Positions 40,670 through 53,346 of a stretch of DNA of 64,000 nucleotides are shown one piece after another. The notes under the pieces are model-generated. The model saw only the letters and a program-made list of their open reading frames with translations. It made no database searches and was not told where the DNA came from. This DNA is from Octopus bimaculoides. Lineage: Eukaryota. The first letter of the stretch is position 1. Every line of letters begins with the position of its first letter. Position numbers and translations under genes: made by a program. The DNA lies in contig NC_068983.1 in assembly GCF_001194135.2 (NCBI RefSeq), positions 35,660,705 through 35,724,704 on the forward strand. The letters are read 5' to 3'.

Positions 40670-41134
40670 AGTTCTGAATATAATCTGTTAGGAAAGAAGT
40701 TGGTCATGGCTGGGTTGTCAGTCAAATGATGAAAATATGACACGCAATAGCTGAACAACAACAATAAACAAGAACCAAGCCAATAGGGACTCGATAAGTC
40801 ACTTTCACCAGCTAGATATAGCAGTCACATCTCCCTCACATATGCTGCCATCTTAAAAATAAGTGTCTAAAAATCAAATGCAATGGTCATGGCTGGAACC
40901 CCTTTGATCCTAAGGCTGACCTAGGGATAAGCAACAACCGTGACAGAATAAATAAAAGCCATCCATTTTACTTTGAAGGATACACAAGAGTTTTAGAAAG
41001 CATTTTTTTTACAAAAAGAAAGCAATAACCATGTTGATGGATCTTGTTAATTCCTGACAATATGCCAGTTTATCAGAAGTGCTATTTATCAATGTAAATA
41101 AAGTATCTCACAAACTTCTTGACAACTTCCAGGA

Positions 41135-41135
<1 letters not shown>

Positions 41136-41173
<38 letters not shown>
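41136..41173. repeat. (GATA)n microsatellite; many other (TA)n, (TG)n, (GA)n, (AAT)n, (GAT)n and poly-A/T tracts occur throughout the window
   Basis: Directly visible. Confidence 0.95.
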
Positions 41174-41175
<2 letters not shown>

Positions 41176-42880
41176 GAGAGAGGGGCGGAGGAAGGTGGAG
41201 GTAGGTGAAATGACACTGTTTAATTGGTGAGAGATAAAGCTATGGATAGTTGTACTGGGCAGAATTAGAGACATTCTGTGATCAAATCTATCATAAAATA
41301 TGTGACTTGGCACTGTCTTCTGAACATTCAATGTTGACACCTCATTCAATCCGCTGCTACAACATATCAGACAACATTATTAATTTGTCGATGAAGATGG
41401 GTGGATGCAGTTATGATTAAAGCAGCAATGATGGCATTGATTATGTTTCAGCTCTGTAATGATGATGGCCATAGTTATAATAGTGGTGAAAGGGCGGATG
41501 GTCATGTTACTGATGTCAATAGTGATAGTAACAATAGAAGAATCAGTAGTGACAGACAAAATATTTGGTGCTATTCAATTACATACCTTTACTGAGTTCA
41601 AATTCCATACCTTTCTAATTAACTTTTTCAGGATAGCTAAAATTGGGTCAGGTCAAATAATGAGCTCTATCAATATTTTCAACTAGATTCTTCCTCAAAT
41701 AATAGTAGGGCTGATGATGGAAGTAGTTGTTAGTGTTACTTATGTTAATGGTAGTGGCAATGTTCTAGTAGTTTAGCCCTAGGCAAGCTCTGAATGAGCA
41801 GACCTATGTTCAAAGGCATTCCAACCATGAAAATCTCACCATGTTTTCAAATATTATATATATCTAGGACTACAATAACCAATATGCCCTTTCTTTTACC
41901 GCTTTTCTATTTTTTAAGATGGAAGTGTTAGGATTCAAGAGGACTTAGCTGCTATTTCTAGCTGATTGAGCAACTGCATAGATTCCCTTCATTGACTTAT
42001 AATGGCAAAGTTGTTGTTGCTTTTTAACTTGAGGTCATTCCTGATACAACAAACTTATGCGATAATTTTTAGGGGTGTATTGAACTACCTTATCTTATGT
42101 GTCTTCTTTTCAAGATGGTTGGTGTGATATGAAGGAGATTTGGCTGCTATATCTTGCAGATAGAGTGACCACATATAATCTCTCTCATTTAACATTCATT
42201 GAATGACGATGAAGAGGTGTTCTGTAATGGTACCATCAATGCCGGAGGTTGTTTCCAGTTTTAAAGATTAAAATAATAAAGATGATACCAAGAGGAAATG
42301 GATAACCACAGTAGCAATGAAATAGCTGCTAGCTACAAGGATGATAAGCCTAAAGGTCTTTAGATGCTAATATATATAATTAACCCAAACATTATTGACA
42401 TAGAAACATCAAAGTTAAACCATCACTATATTCAGAGTGAAGATAAGCCCAGCCACTGTGGGGAATATATCTGGCTTCTTGACATGCTAGAAATAAATGT
42501 CAAATCTCTTTTGAATTACTCCTTTCCTGCCTTAAAAAAAAGGAAAGATACATTGGATAATTTAAAACTAAATACACAATATATGAAATAAAGAAGAGGT
42601 TTTAATAATTTGAAATGATTTGTTTACATATCAGCTCCAAGAGTGCGTCTAATATGTAAATTCGTATATCCAATAACTTACCACCGCTGTATGCGATGGC
42701 TATATAAGCAATGTGTTCGGAGGTGAGAATGGATTAGATGAGTGCTGATGAAGAGGCAATAACCCCTGAAATATGGCATATACACTCATTACATATTTTT
42801 GTCTTCATTCTCATTGTTTGCTTACATCCAACGTCTCGATATGAAACATTATAGCAAAAATCAGTGTTAGCTATTGTGCC

Positions 42881-43107
42881 TTTATTGCCTACAGGGGGAT
42901 AAGCATAGAGGGGACAAACAAGGACAGACAAAGGGATTAAGTCGATTACATCGACCCCAGTGCATATCTGGTGCTTAATTTATTGACCCCGAAAGGATGA
43001 AAGGCAAAGTCAACCTCGGCAGAATTTGAATCCAGAACATAACGGCAGACAAAATACCGCTGAGCATTTCGCCCAGCGTGCTAACGTTTCTGCCAGCTCA
43101 CTGCCTT
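42881..43107 (-). mobile_element. SINE family M copy with a different 3' tail
   Basis: Core GAAAGGATGAAAGGCAAAGTCAACCTCGGC; the head ends at CTGCCAGCTCACTGCCTT. Confidence 0.8.
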
Positions 43108-44158
43108 CAAAAGTGATATTGATCTGAATTAGCCGATGTTGCTTCAGTTCTGCTCTTTCAGGAATATATATTCATTTGGCTCTCATCCATTGCTCACTGA
43201 TCTCCAAATTCTTCTCAGCTCAGAAAATGAAATGTTAGTTTTTACATCCTTAATTATGATACTAATTTCTTTCTAGCCCCACTCACCTCCCCATACACTC
43301 TGACCGTATCTCTCTGGTCATAGCCAGAGAACTGCATGTGGTGCCTAAAGTCTTGTACACAACTCTTTATTTTGTAGGGTTCGTGTGGGGGAGGGGGTAC
43401 ATTGTTCATTACCCTAACTAAATCCATTTAGTTGAGCAATCTATGGTTACCTTGATACTCTGGTGGATGGAGTTAGCTACGCACTGGATGTTCTCCATCA
43501 TATTCCTCTCAGCTTCCTTGGTACAACTGCATGGAATTGTCCTAACTAGAATATTAATATCATCTGCATACCTACAGTTTAGTAATACAGCTGTAGAGTG
43601 TTCATCTGGGGATTGTCTAAATTTTCTGTCCCTCTAGGTCAGTGTAAATCTTGTATATATCTATGTATACATTAATAAAGATAATTTTACACATGAACTC
43701 ACATAAAAAATCTTGCAAACCAAATCCAAAAACGAAACATAGTTTAAAATGATGAATATTGAGTAATCTAAGGATGAAAGGAAATAAAGAAAATTAGATG
43801 GGGACAAATCCTGAAATATGATACAAACAACTTGTACAGTTGCTTAATCCCATGTCAACCCAGGTCCTGCAGACATGTAAGCAAATACATTGCAACTATA
43901 TTTAGCCATATTTTTTTTTTCTTTTGAAAGACAGTGTATCTAGGACTACATCTAGTTTATCTTTTTTTTTTCTTTCTATTTTATGATGTAGGGTATGATT
44001 TGAAGGTGATTTGGCAGTTATTTGTAGTACGCTAAATAACAGTGAAGAAACTTATTCAATTAACTCAAGATAACCTACGTAACATATGCAGATATAGAAA
44101 AATATACTTAAAAGTAATTATGGCATTAACTCTACTCCGAAATAACAATTTATAACTG

Positions 44159-44272
44159 AATATCCATTTAAATGGTTAAATATCTACTTACACTGCTAAA
44201 TATGTACTTATACTGCTAAATATCCATTTATATTGCTAAATATCAATTTACATGCCTAAATACCTACTTACT
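44159..44272. repeat. Minisatellite, about six 20-nt units (AAATATCYAYTTAYAYTGCT)
   Basis: Exact 20-nt register is visible. Confidence 0.85.
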
Positions 44273-46870
44273 ACCAAGGACTATATAGTCTGCACCTGCA
44301 GTTAGAAAATTTGTACTGAATATTTACACCAGTAATCTTTTTCCGCTCTAAAAACATTTTTCTCCTTTCACCTCTTTAAATGAATACCAGTCAGTATGTA
44401 GTACATAAAAAATCTCCTGCCAAAAAGATAAGGACCAAAGTAACTAGGGTAGTTTATCTTAAAAGTATTATTAGCTCAATCAAACGAGTTTGACCCACAT
44501 TAAAGCAGCCTGACCTACATTATGAGTTCCAACATTGAATAGCTGGTTCTCTTATCACCTCACTTTTGCTTACTGACACAAAATGAAATTAATTTTTGTC
44601 AGCAACTCTTCCCAAATTTCTGTTAATGAATTCAACGAATTCATAGGAATCAAGTTTCTGAAGCAGGTGGAAGTGTGTTCAAATCATGTCAACAATAATG
44701 TTTTAAGATATTTAAAAACAGAAAGAAAAAAAACTCTCAAAGACATTACAAATTCATTAAAAATCATTATTTAATAGTAAAGGAGCTTACTCTCACCTAA
44801 AAACTTATGTTCAATTTTCAGGTAAAATCTAGAATCCAAAGAAACTGATGATATAATCAATATCATCCTTTAATGTCTATTTTCCATGCTGGTATGAGTT
44901 AGTCTGGCAAGATTGAGCAAACCACAGAGCTGTACTGTCAGCTTTGGTGTGGTTACAGTGGCTGGATGCCCTTCCAAATATCAACCACTTTACAGAGAGT
45001 ACTGGGTGCTTTTTATTTGTGCCACTGGCATTAGCAAGGTTGTCAAGAAATATACAAGACAAAAAGGAAAAAAGAAAAGATCTCATGACTAGATGGGGGA
45101 AACAATTCTACAAGAGAATTCTGGGAAGAGTTGGTTAAAAATTCCATTCCTTAGAAGAAAGAAGAACCTAAGGATTTGAATTTTTGTCTTTGCAAGCTAT
45201 TAAAAATGTTGCCTAAGTAATAACACCTTTCTTTCTCTCCCTAACTCTCAGATGAATGGTAAAGACCCCAATATTTTCAATCATATTTATTCTTAATTTT
45301 CAAAATTTCAGTTCTTGCCATTTCTCAAAAAAAAAGAAAAAAGAAAAAACTATATTAAGAGTGTATTATGAAAAAAAAAGACGACAATTTACAACAAAGG
45401 TTCTCAAACGTGGTTAACAGCAGACAAGTTAGTAAACCATGGATGTTTAAAAGTCTAAAGTAAGGTTTTAGAAAATTCATCTTGTAAAAGGTGTTATTCA
45501 TAATTTTGTTATACACAAGTATGATTAATAAGATGTGATAAGCAAAGAGTTTTATTTTTGGTGGGGGGGGGGGGTCTATTTAAATTTCCATATGAAATGC
45601 ACCAGTAAATTCTTAAATGATCCCCAGTGTATCATAAAGTTAGAAAAACTGAAAACAACTGAAACTAAGATATTTCGTTAGTCTAATAAGAGAGAATAGA
45701 ACATAGGAGATGTTGCTATTGGGAATAAGTACCAAACCATCTACAAATGTTACAGACAGTATTTTATCTTGAAGTTACATGAAACCAGAAGTGAACATCA
45801 GCTTTATGAGTTCCAGGTTGCTTGAGAAAAGATTTTCATTTTAGTCTGATTCAACCACTCAGATAATAGACATTTTCCTGTCTTTTTAACTCAATCACCC
45901 ACCTCAACTATTTCAAATCTTCTAACATTCTTTGTTTTGTCTTTGCTGCTGCCTTCGCCCACCCTTGCAACTTTCTCTTCCTTCCTTACATCTCTCCCTC
46001 ATTCTTCAATGTTATAATAAATTTTCCTCACTCTCTCCACTCCCACTCTGGTTCTCCTATAACATAAACGTTTTATCTCTCTCTCTCAAGAAGATTCTGC
46101 CCTGAACCTGTAAGATTTCTCTTCTTCCTCACAGTATAACATGTATTCCCACTATTTGAGGCTTAAAGTAAGTACTTTGACAACAATTAAAAAGTTTGGT
46201 TTCCAGTTCATTTAGGATTGTTGGTATTGTTAGCCCATTCATTGAACAGATCAATATATCCCAGGTGGTTAGATGAATGAACGATTTAGTGCAATCGACA
46301 GCACTATGACCTCCACATTTATTTGACAATCGTACTTGACATGAAATAGTTTATCAAATGGAAGTTCAAATTGTCAATCTGATGACGTTTCATTTTCTTT
46401 TTCACCCAGTCTCTCCCAGCATGCCTATATTTATGTGATAGGGCCACTAGATGTTCTGTAAATTGTAGGAAGATCTCTCTCGAAAATTGAAATTGGCAAC
46501 TATTTCCACAGGGTGTTAATTAGTAGTGAAAGGCAATTATCATTAATTAGTAATCAATTTTAAACTTATTAAGTGACAGCATATGAGATGTTGTTAAAGG
46601 TTTTTCATTGTTACCAAAAACCTGTGCACAGTAAGAAAATATAAGATAAAACTATATCATGAAGTAAAATAGAGGACTAATATACAGTTATTTGTATAAA
46701 ATATACTTTTGCAAGTGTACTTTAAATAAGAGTGCAAGTACAGATGATATGGATGTGTAGTTGAGAAGTTTGCTTTACAAATAATATGTGGTTGCAAGTT
46801 TGATGCCACTGAGCAGCACCTTGGTCAAGAGTCTTCTACCATAACCTCAAGTTGCCCAATGCCTTCTGAA

Positions 46871-47033
46871 AAATGTCCTCTCTAAACGTTTTGGTTGATA
46901 TACCCTCCAGCCTTGATGAAGGCTGGAGGGTATACAGCCGAAATGTTGTGTTAACAACAAACAAGATGAGGACAAATATCCGTCAATTGTAAATAATGTA
47001 CATAATTCCTCATCTCTTAAATATAGAACTGTA
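46871..47033 (+). mobile_element. Penelope-like element terminal fragment with an inverted partial duplication and a decayed hammerhead-like motif
   Basis: TGATGA-A-GGCTG(gagggtata)CAGCC-GAAA at 46914-46943. Positions 46884-46914 are an imperfect inverted copy of the sequence to their right. Confidence 0.55.
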
Positions 47034-48075
47034 TTATAAAAATCTTATGTTGTATACTGGTTGTGAAATGTGTTTGCATACACACAACTTAGAGGGAACA
47101 GTGCTTGTGAGCAGAATCCAGTGCATAGAAACTATATAGAAGCCTGCCATCATCATCATTTAATGTCCACTTCCCATTAAATTGGGTGAAACCACCCAAC
47201 CTATTGTGGCATGGTTTCTATAGCTGGTTGCTCTTCCCAACACCAACCACTTTCCAGAGTGTGCTGGGTACTTTTAACATGCTATCAGTACAGATGCTTT
47301 TATATGGCACCAGCATGAGTGCATTTTAAGTGACACCAGCACATCATCATTTTAGTGTCCTCTTTTCCTTGCTTGTACAGGTCACAGGAGAATATATAAA
47401 AGCAGTGTTTTCTACAGCCAAATACCCAACTCCCAACTGTTTCCAAGCAAAGTAATAATCCCCCCAGTCTACTACAGAACAATGAACAGCCTGGACATGC
47501 TTTTGAAGCAGACTTTAAGCAGAAAAGACATTGTCTGTATGAACAGTGAAGCCTTTGTTTATAACCAGTGAACATATGTGAAGACAAGAAGAATTGCAGA
47601 CCCATTTCATCACACACACACACGACATGATTCTTCCAGTTTCCTCCTCTACCAGTTTCTCTCACAGGATATTACTTGATTTGTGGCTATAGTAAAAAAT
47701 ACCAACCAACAATATCCAAGCAATATAATTGAACTTCTAACCATGTGGTTCCAAAATGAAGTTTTAATCATACACCCGTATTTATGTATATGATACCTAC
47801 ACTGGATATTGGCAAAGGGTGTAAATTTTGGTGGAAAACCAGTGCTCTCTAAATTAAATCTATTGAGTGACAGGCATTCTCTTTTCACTCATCATCAAAA
47901 ATGCACAGAGACCCTTGGAAACCTGTACCCAATGACACGATTGTTTACAAAATGTAATATAAAATAAATGAAAATATATTATGTTAAGGCTAATAACACT
48001 TGTGCTCCCATTTAACTGCACGAAACAAGACTTGAATCCTTTCTGTAACTTGTATTTGTAGTCAGCATGTTTTAC

Positions 48076-48265
48076 AGCCTTCAACTGGCATCTATTTATC
48101 TAGCCAGTTAGCCTTCAATCAGAATTATTAGCTGGTCTGTTAGCCTTCGTGTTATTTAACTAGTATGTTAGTCTTCAACTGGTATTATTAGCTAGCCTGC
48201 TAGCCTTCAACTAGCGTTAATAGCTAACTTGTTAGCCCTCATGTAGTATTATTAGCTAGTCTGTT
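48076..48265. repeat. Minisatellite, six units of 28-34 nt (AGCCTTCAACTGGTATTATTAGCTAGTCTGTT)
   Basis: Unit starts at 48076, 48110, 48142, 48170, 48202 and 48234. Confidence 0.85.
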
Positions 48266-48599
48266 TTGCAATCATAACCCCTTGTAACTAAGTTGATAGA
48301 GTGCTGGTCTACTGATCAAAAGGTCAATAACTCTTATCTCATTGACAATGCCTAACCCACTTAATTGTAAATACATAATGTGTCCAGAAATTACATCAGG
48401 AATATTGTATGACAACTGTTTCATTAAGTAGCAGTGTTGGGTTCAATTACTCCATCACATCAAGAGAAAACAACATGTAATTTAAATTTAGTGTACCATG
48501 TCTTCAATTCTTACATGAAGATGAAGTCTTTAGTGTTTATTTCAACAACTGATTAACCACCACAAAGTCCAGTCCCTGTTGCAGTGTGGTGGCATGCCT

Positions 48600-48790
48600 G
48601 TTTCAATGACCCTAAGAGCCTATACCAGCAGAATACAAGCTCCTGGTAAGGACTCCTATGCTGGATGGGCCAAAGGCTAGAAACCAGACTAATATGGACA
48701 GGCTCTTCCCAGAAAAAATGGGTTTACATAGGGCCAACACCCCTATCTTTTAAGAAGCAAAGTATTGATGATAATTTAAAACCAACAAGA
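48600..48790 (+). mobile_element. Possible decayed RTE-clade LINE 5' region
   Basis: GCTCCTGGTAAGG...GGGCCAAAGGCTAGAAACCAGACTAA...AGGGCCAACACCCCTATCTT resembles the recalled RTE 5' UTR layout. No ORF remains. Confidence 0.3.
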
Positions 48791-49417
48791 CCTGAGAGAA
48801 AAAGGACTTCCCTCAGCCAAGAGGGAGACAGAAGAGAGGACACCCTAGAAATATCTGGGGGTGGGGCTAAATAGTGAGGGAGAGTTGGAAAAGCAGGGAT
48901 CCAATTGGAGAAAAGCAAAAACGACAGCTCAAAGTCAAGAGCAGTGGGGAACAGTAATCACTGTCTTATGTCCGAAAGGGAGTGAAGGGCTTAAGCAAGC
49001 AACAACCCATTAACTTATATTAGTTCTAGTTTTCATACACCATCAATGGACTTTACATTCATCGAAGGTTATTGAGAAGTGTTGCCTCCTAAATAACAAC
49101 CTCACTTTCTCTCTTCTCTTCTCTTTCGCAAACAAAGGGCAAGACCTGAAATTTAAGATTCTGTCCTCTTCAAGGCAATTAAATTTAATATTCTGATGCA
49201 AACTGTCTCAAGTTTTCTAGGATTGTAGATTTTACTCAGTCACTGAGGACAACCACTTCAGCCATCACATATTTCAGCCTTCATGGTCTAACTTTCATAG
49301 AGGGGAACTTCACTTAAATTAACTCAAACCAACAACCATTCATAAAAACATAAAAAGATTTCCATATATTTCTAATCTTAAGGCACAGATGTCTTAATGT
49401 AGTAATGCCAGTGTTTA

Positions 49418-49451
<34 letters not shown>

Positions 49452-49901
49452 AAAAAAAAACAAGACAACAACAACAACAACAACAAAAAATGTCCTTTGT
49501 TATTTCAAAGTTTTCCTAATTTTTATCCTCTTTGACATACCTTAGAAAAAGCTGTTATGTCTCACATTTAATTAGATATGCCTATTGTAGTAAGCAGCTA
49601 ACACAACACTAAATTACCTTCACTTCTCAGTGTCTCTTCTCTAGTTTTACTACTCTGTTCCTCTTCTTTAATCAACTGTTTACATAATTTCACCACTTTC
49701 TTGGTTGTTTGTTCTATCTTTGCTTTTCCACATACCACCCACTTCCTAACCAAATTCCAACTACAAACCTGGTCTCAATTTTGGAGCAAACTTGGATTCA
49801 ACCAATTTTCTATTTTCCTAAAATCCAAAGCCTCATCATACAAAGTGGCATGAATATTCTTAAGACTAATTATAATGAAATTAACTGTTATTTTATTTCA
49901 A

Positions 49902-50725
49902 GGTATGGCTGTGTAATTAAGAAGCTTGTTTTGCAACCATGTGGTTTCAGGTTCAGCCCCACTATCAGGCACCATGTGCAAGTGTCTTTTTCAATAGTGT
50001 TGGGCCAACTGATACCTTGTGAGTGAATTTGGTAAATGGAAACTGTGTGGGAGTCTGTCATAAATATATATGAGCGTGTGTGTATGATGATGATGTACAC
50101 AGGTATATGTGTATGTATATATACGGTACCTGTGCCAGTGGTATGTAAAAAACACCTTTTGAGCATTGGGCCTTGTGGAGGCAAGGACTGAGACTATTTG
50201 GCATTAGGCCGGGCTTCAAGCGTTGGGCTTCACGGAGGCAATGATTGAGTCCATTTGGCATTATGTTGTGCTTGAGAAGAAGACTTATCAAACCAAATAA
50301 AACCACAGTCATGACAGATACCGGTGTCATGCAAATGGTACTTATGCCGGTGGCATGTAAAAGCACCCATTACATTCTCGGAGTGGTTGGTGTTAGGAAG
50401 GGCATCCAGCCTTAGAAACTATGCCAAAACAGACTGGTGTCTGGTGCAGCCTTTCCAGCTTGCCAACCCTGGTCAAACCATCCAACCCATGCCAGTATGG
50501 AAAACAGATGTTAATTGACAATGATGATGATGATGATGTGCAGATATGAAAATTTCTCAACATGGATGTTGGTGTACTTACATCTCTGTAACTAAGCAGT
50601 TCAGCAAAAATGACCGATAGAATAAGTACCAAACTTAAAAAAAGGAAAATAAGTATGGGGTTGATTTGTTTGACTAAACCCTTCAAAGTGGTGCCCCAGA
50701 ATGGCTGCAGTTCAATGACTGAAAG
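49902..50725 (+). mobile_element. Family K plus module S element with a nested family T copy (about 50130-50537)
   Basis: K head at 49902-50060, T body ending in (GAT)n near 50537, module S at about 50555-50725. Confidence 0.7.
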
Positions 50726-51088
50726 AGCTAAACAATAAAAGATGAAATCTTCCATTTGGCCTTTAATTTTTATAATGTACTTTTTATACTTTAAACTTAT
50801 TATAAAAACATTTATTTTTAAATACTTTATCTCAAAGCTTTGAATAAATATGCGTCTTATGTATTTATTTAATGATACACTTCCTCTTAAGAACTACATC
50901 CTTATCAACATTCTATAATGAGCCTGCTCCTTCATTGATAAAAACATTCCTTCTGATCCAAGAGTTTCCTTGAATTTAATCAGATGAAAACTTATGATAA
51001 AGGAATAAATATACTGATATTGACTGTTTAGAGGGAGCTAAGCTATGTCGTGTCAAAATCATAGTGTCATTTAATTAAGAAATGTATG

Positions 51089-51571
51089 TTAACTCTTTTG
51101 TTACCATATTTCTGTTGAGATGTTCTGTGTGTTTGTCAATTAATTTAAAATAAAACAAAGAATTTAGTAAAACAACTAAATTGTCATTAAGCTAGTGTTA
51201 TGAACATAAATTGTGATTAAGGGTTGGTGGAAGATTTTAATTCAGAACTTTTGAAAACAAGACATTTGTACTACAGAACCAGAAGCGGTTTCAGCCAGGT
51301 TGGTATCAAAAGGGTTAAGAATTGTTTCACTATTATATATTTTATCCCTTTTCTTACCATATTTCTGTTGAGATGTTCTGTGTTTCTTTTAATTAATTTT
51401 AAATCTAACAAAGAATTTAGTAAAATAACTTAGTTATCATTCAGCTAGTGTTAGGAACATAAGTTGTGACTAAGGTTTGGTGGAAGATTTTAATTCAGAA
51501 CTTTTGAAAACAAGACATTTGTACTACAGAGCCAGAGGCGGTTTCAGCCGGGTTGGCATCAAAAGGATTAA
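51089..51571 (-). mobile_element. Second copy of the same piggyBac-like MITE dimer, inverted relative to 31503-31977
   Basis: Reverse complement of both units and of the spacer (GAATTGTTTCACTATTATATATT versus AATATATAATAGAGAAACAATTC). Confidence 0.8.
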
Positions 51572-51573
51572 AG

Positions 51574-51897
51574 TGTGAAGGTACATGGCCTAGTGGTTAG
51601 GGTATTTTGCTCATGATTGTAAAGTTGTGAGTTCAATTCTCAGCAGTATGTTGTGTCCTTGAGCAAGATACTTTATTTCACATTGCTCCAGTTCACTCAG
51701 CTGGCAAAAATGAGTAGTGCCTATATTTCAAAGGGCCAGCCTTGTCACATTCTGTGTCACGCTGAATCTCCTTGAGAACTATGTTAAGAGTACACAACTG
51801 TGGAGTGCTCAGCCACTTGCATGTTAATTTCATGAGCAGGCTGTTTTGTTGATTGTATCAACTGGAACCCGCATCGTCGTAACCAACAGAATGCCAG
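51574..51897 (+). mobile_element. SINE, family R-related subfamily (GTGTCCTTGAGCAAGA central segment)
   Basis: TGGCCTAGTGGTTAGG head. Shares the 3' body CAGCCTTGTCACA...GTGCTCAGCCACTT...CAACTGGAACCC with family R. Confidence 0.8.
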
Positions 51898-53004
51898 TGT
51901 GTTAAAGTTAAGTTGGCTGACAGACCTCTTACAATGGTTTAATACCACTGGTTGGTCCCTTAAGTGCTTTTAGTGAAGTTCACTCTGTTACAGGTATGAA
52001 TATGCAATCCACTTCTGCCTGTGTTTTCCCTGAAGATGTTTAGTCCAGACGTCATTCATATCAGTCTCAAGATCTGCAAATGTCAGAGTCACCACCTTTT
52101 CTGAGTAAAGAAAACAACCTGAGAATAAGGAGCACTGATTTACTATGAACAAGTCAGACAACTAGACTATCATGTAAGTCAAAAGGTGGTATAGTGATAA
52201 CAAAATAAGCATGTGAGATGCTTAGTGGAATTGATAAAGAAAAGAAATAGGCCAAGGGAAGTTTGTGGCCAAATTGGTAGATCAGATCTTATAGATGAAA
52301 TTATTAGGAAACAAAAGTGTAATGGGTGTGTTTATGTGCCACCAGCACAGGTGCCAATTTGCATGACACCAGTATCTGCCAGGACTGTGATTTTGCTCAG
52401 TTTAATGGGTCTTCTTCTCAAGCATGACATTAAAATGGTAGAGTGTAATTTGAGGCAGACTTGGCTGCTATTTCTAGTAGTTAGAACGACCAAAAAGGAA
52501 CTCACCAGTTTGGATGATGATGATGATGATGATGATTATGATGCTGGTAGTAATTAACATGCTCTAAAAGCAACAGGACATGATATGAGAATATGATAAC
52601 TAGAATAATATGTCACATGAATTATATAGAGATTATCATTGTATATGGTACTGTAAGCCATGACTGGGTCAAGTAAACATGAAATTGAGAAGATGGTAAA
52701 TGTCAACCAAGCAAGATAGATTGGTCAGAACTAGTTTGCTATGCAGTACTCTTAAACAAAACAAATAACTATTCATAGATGAGGAAAAAAAATTGTTGAA
52801 TAAAACAGATGCAATTAAGGAATTATAGTATCATATGTAAGCTAAAAAAAAAAAGAGGTAGTAATGTGAGTAAAAAAAATTAAATGGTGCAACAAGTGTT
52901 TAAAATATATAAACATGTTCCATTACAAAGTGTGAAGTTATAATAATGTGATGTTTGGGATAAATTTACTATATTATGTTTTTAAGCCCTTATTCTTACT
53001 ACGT

Positions 53005-53346
53005 GGAGGTGCAATGGCCCAGTGGTTAGGGCAGCGAACTCGCGGTCATAGGATCGCGGTTTCGATTCCCAGACCAGGCATTGTGAGTGTTTATTGAGCG
53101 AAAACACCTAAAGCACCACGAGGCTCCGGCAGGGGATGGTGGCGAACCCTGCTGTACTCTTCCACCACAACATTCTCTCACTCTTACTTCCTGTTTCTGT
53201 TGTGCCTGTAATTCAAAGGGTCAGCCTTGTCACATGTGTATGTGGAGTGCTCAGCCACTTGCACGTTAATTTCACGAGCAGGCTGTTCCATTGATCGGAT
53301 CAACTGGAACCCTCGACGTCATAAGCGACGGAGTGCCAACAACAAC
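53005..53346 (+). mobile_element. Young tRNA-derived SINE, family R
   Basis: A-box-like TGGCCCAGTGG, B-box-like GGTTTCGATTCC and (AAC)n tail. Target-site duplication ATTCTTACTAC(G/A)T at 52992-53004 and 53347-53359. Confidence 0.92.

Noticed and set aside
47300-47665. 121-aa Cys-rich minus-strand ORF and a plus-strand acceptor-like site near 47380
   Set aside because: No domain pattern and no consistent exon boundaries in any frame.
53005-53075. tRNA gene
   Set aside because: The tRNA-like head continues into a SINE body with tail and TSD, and a second copy is present.
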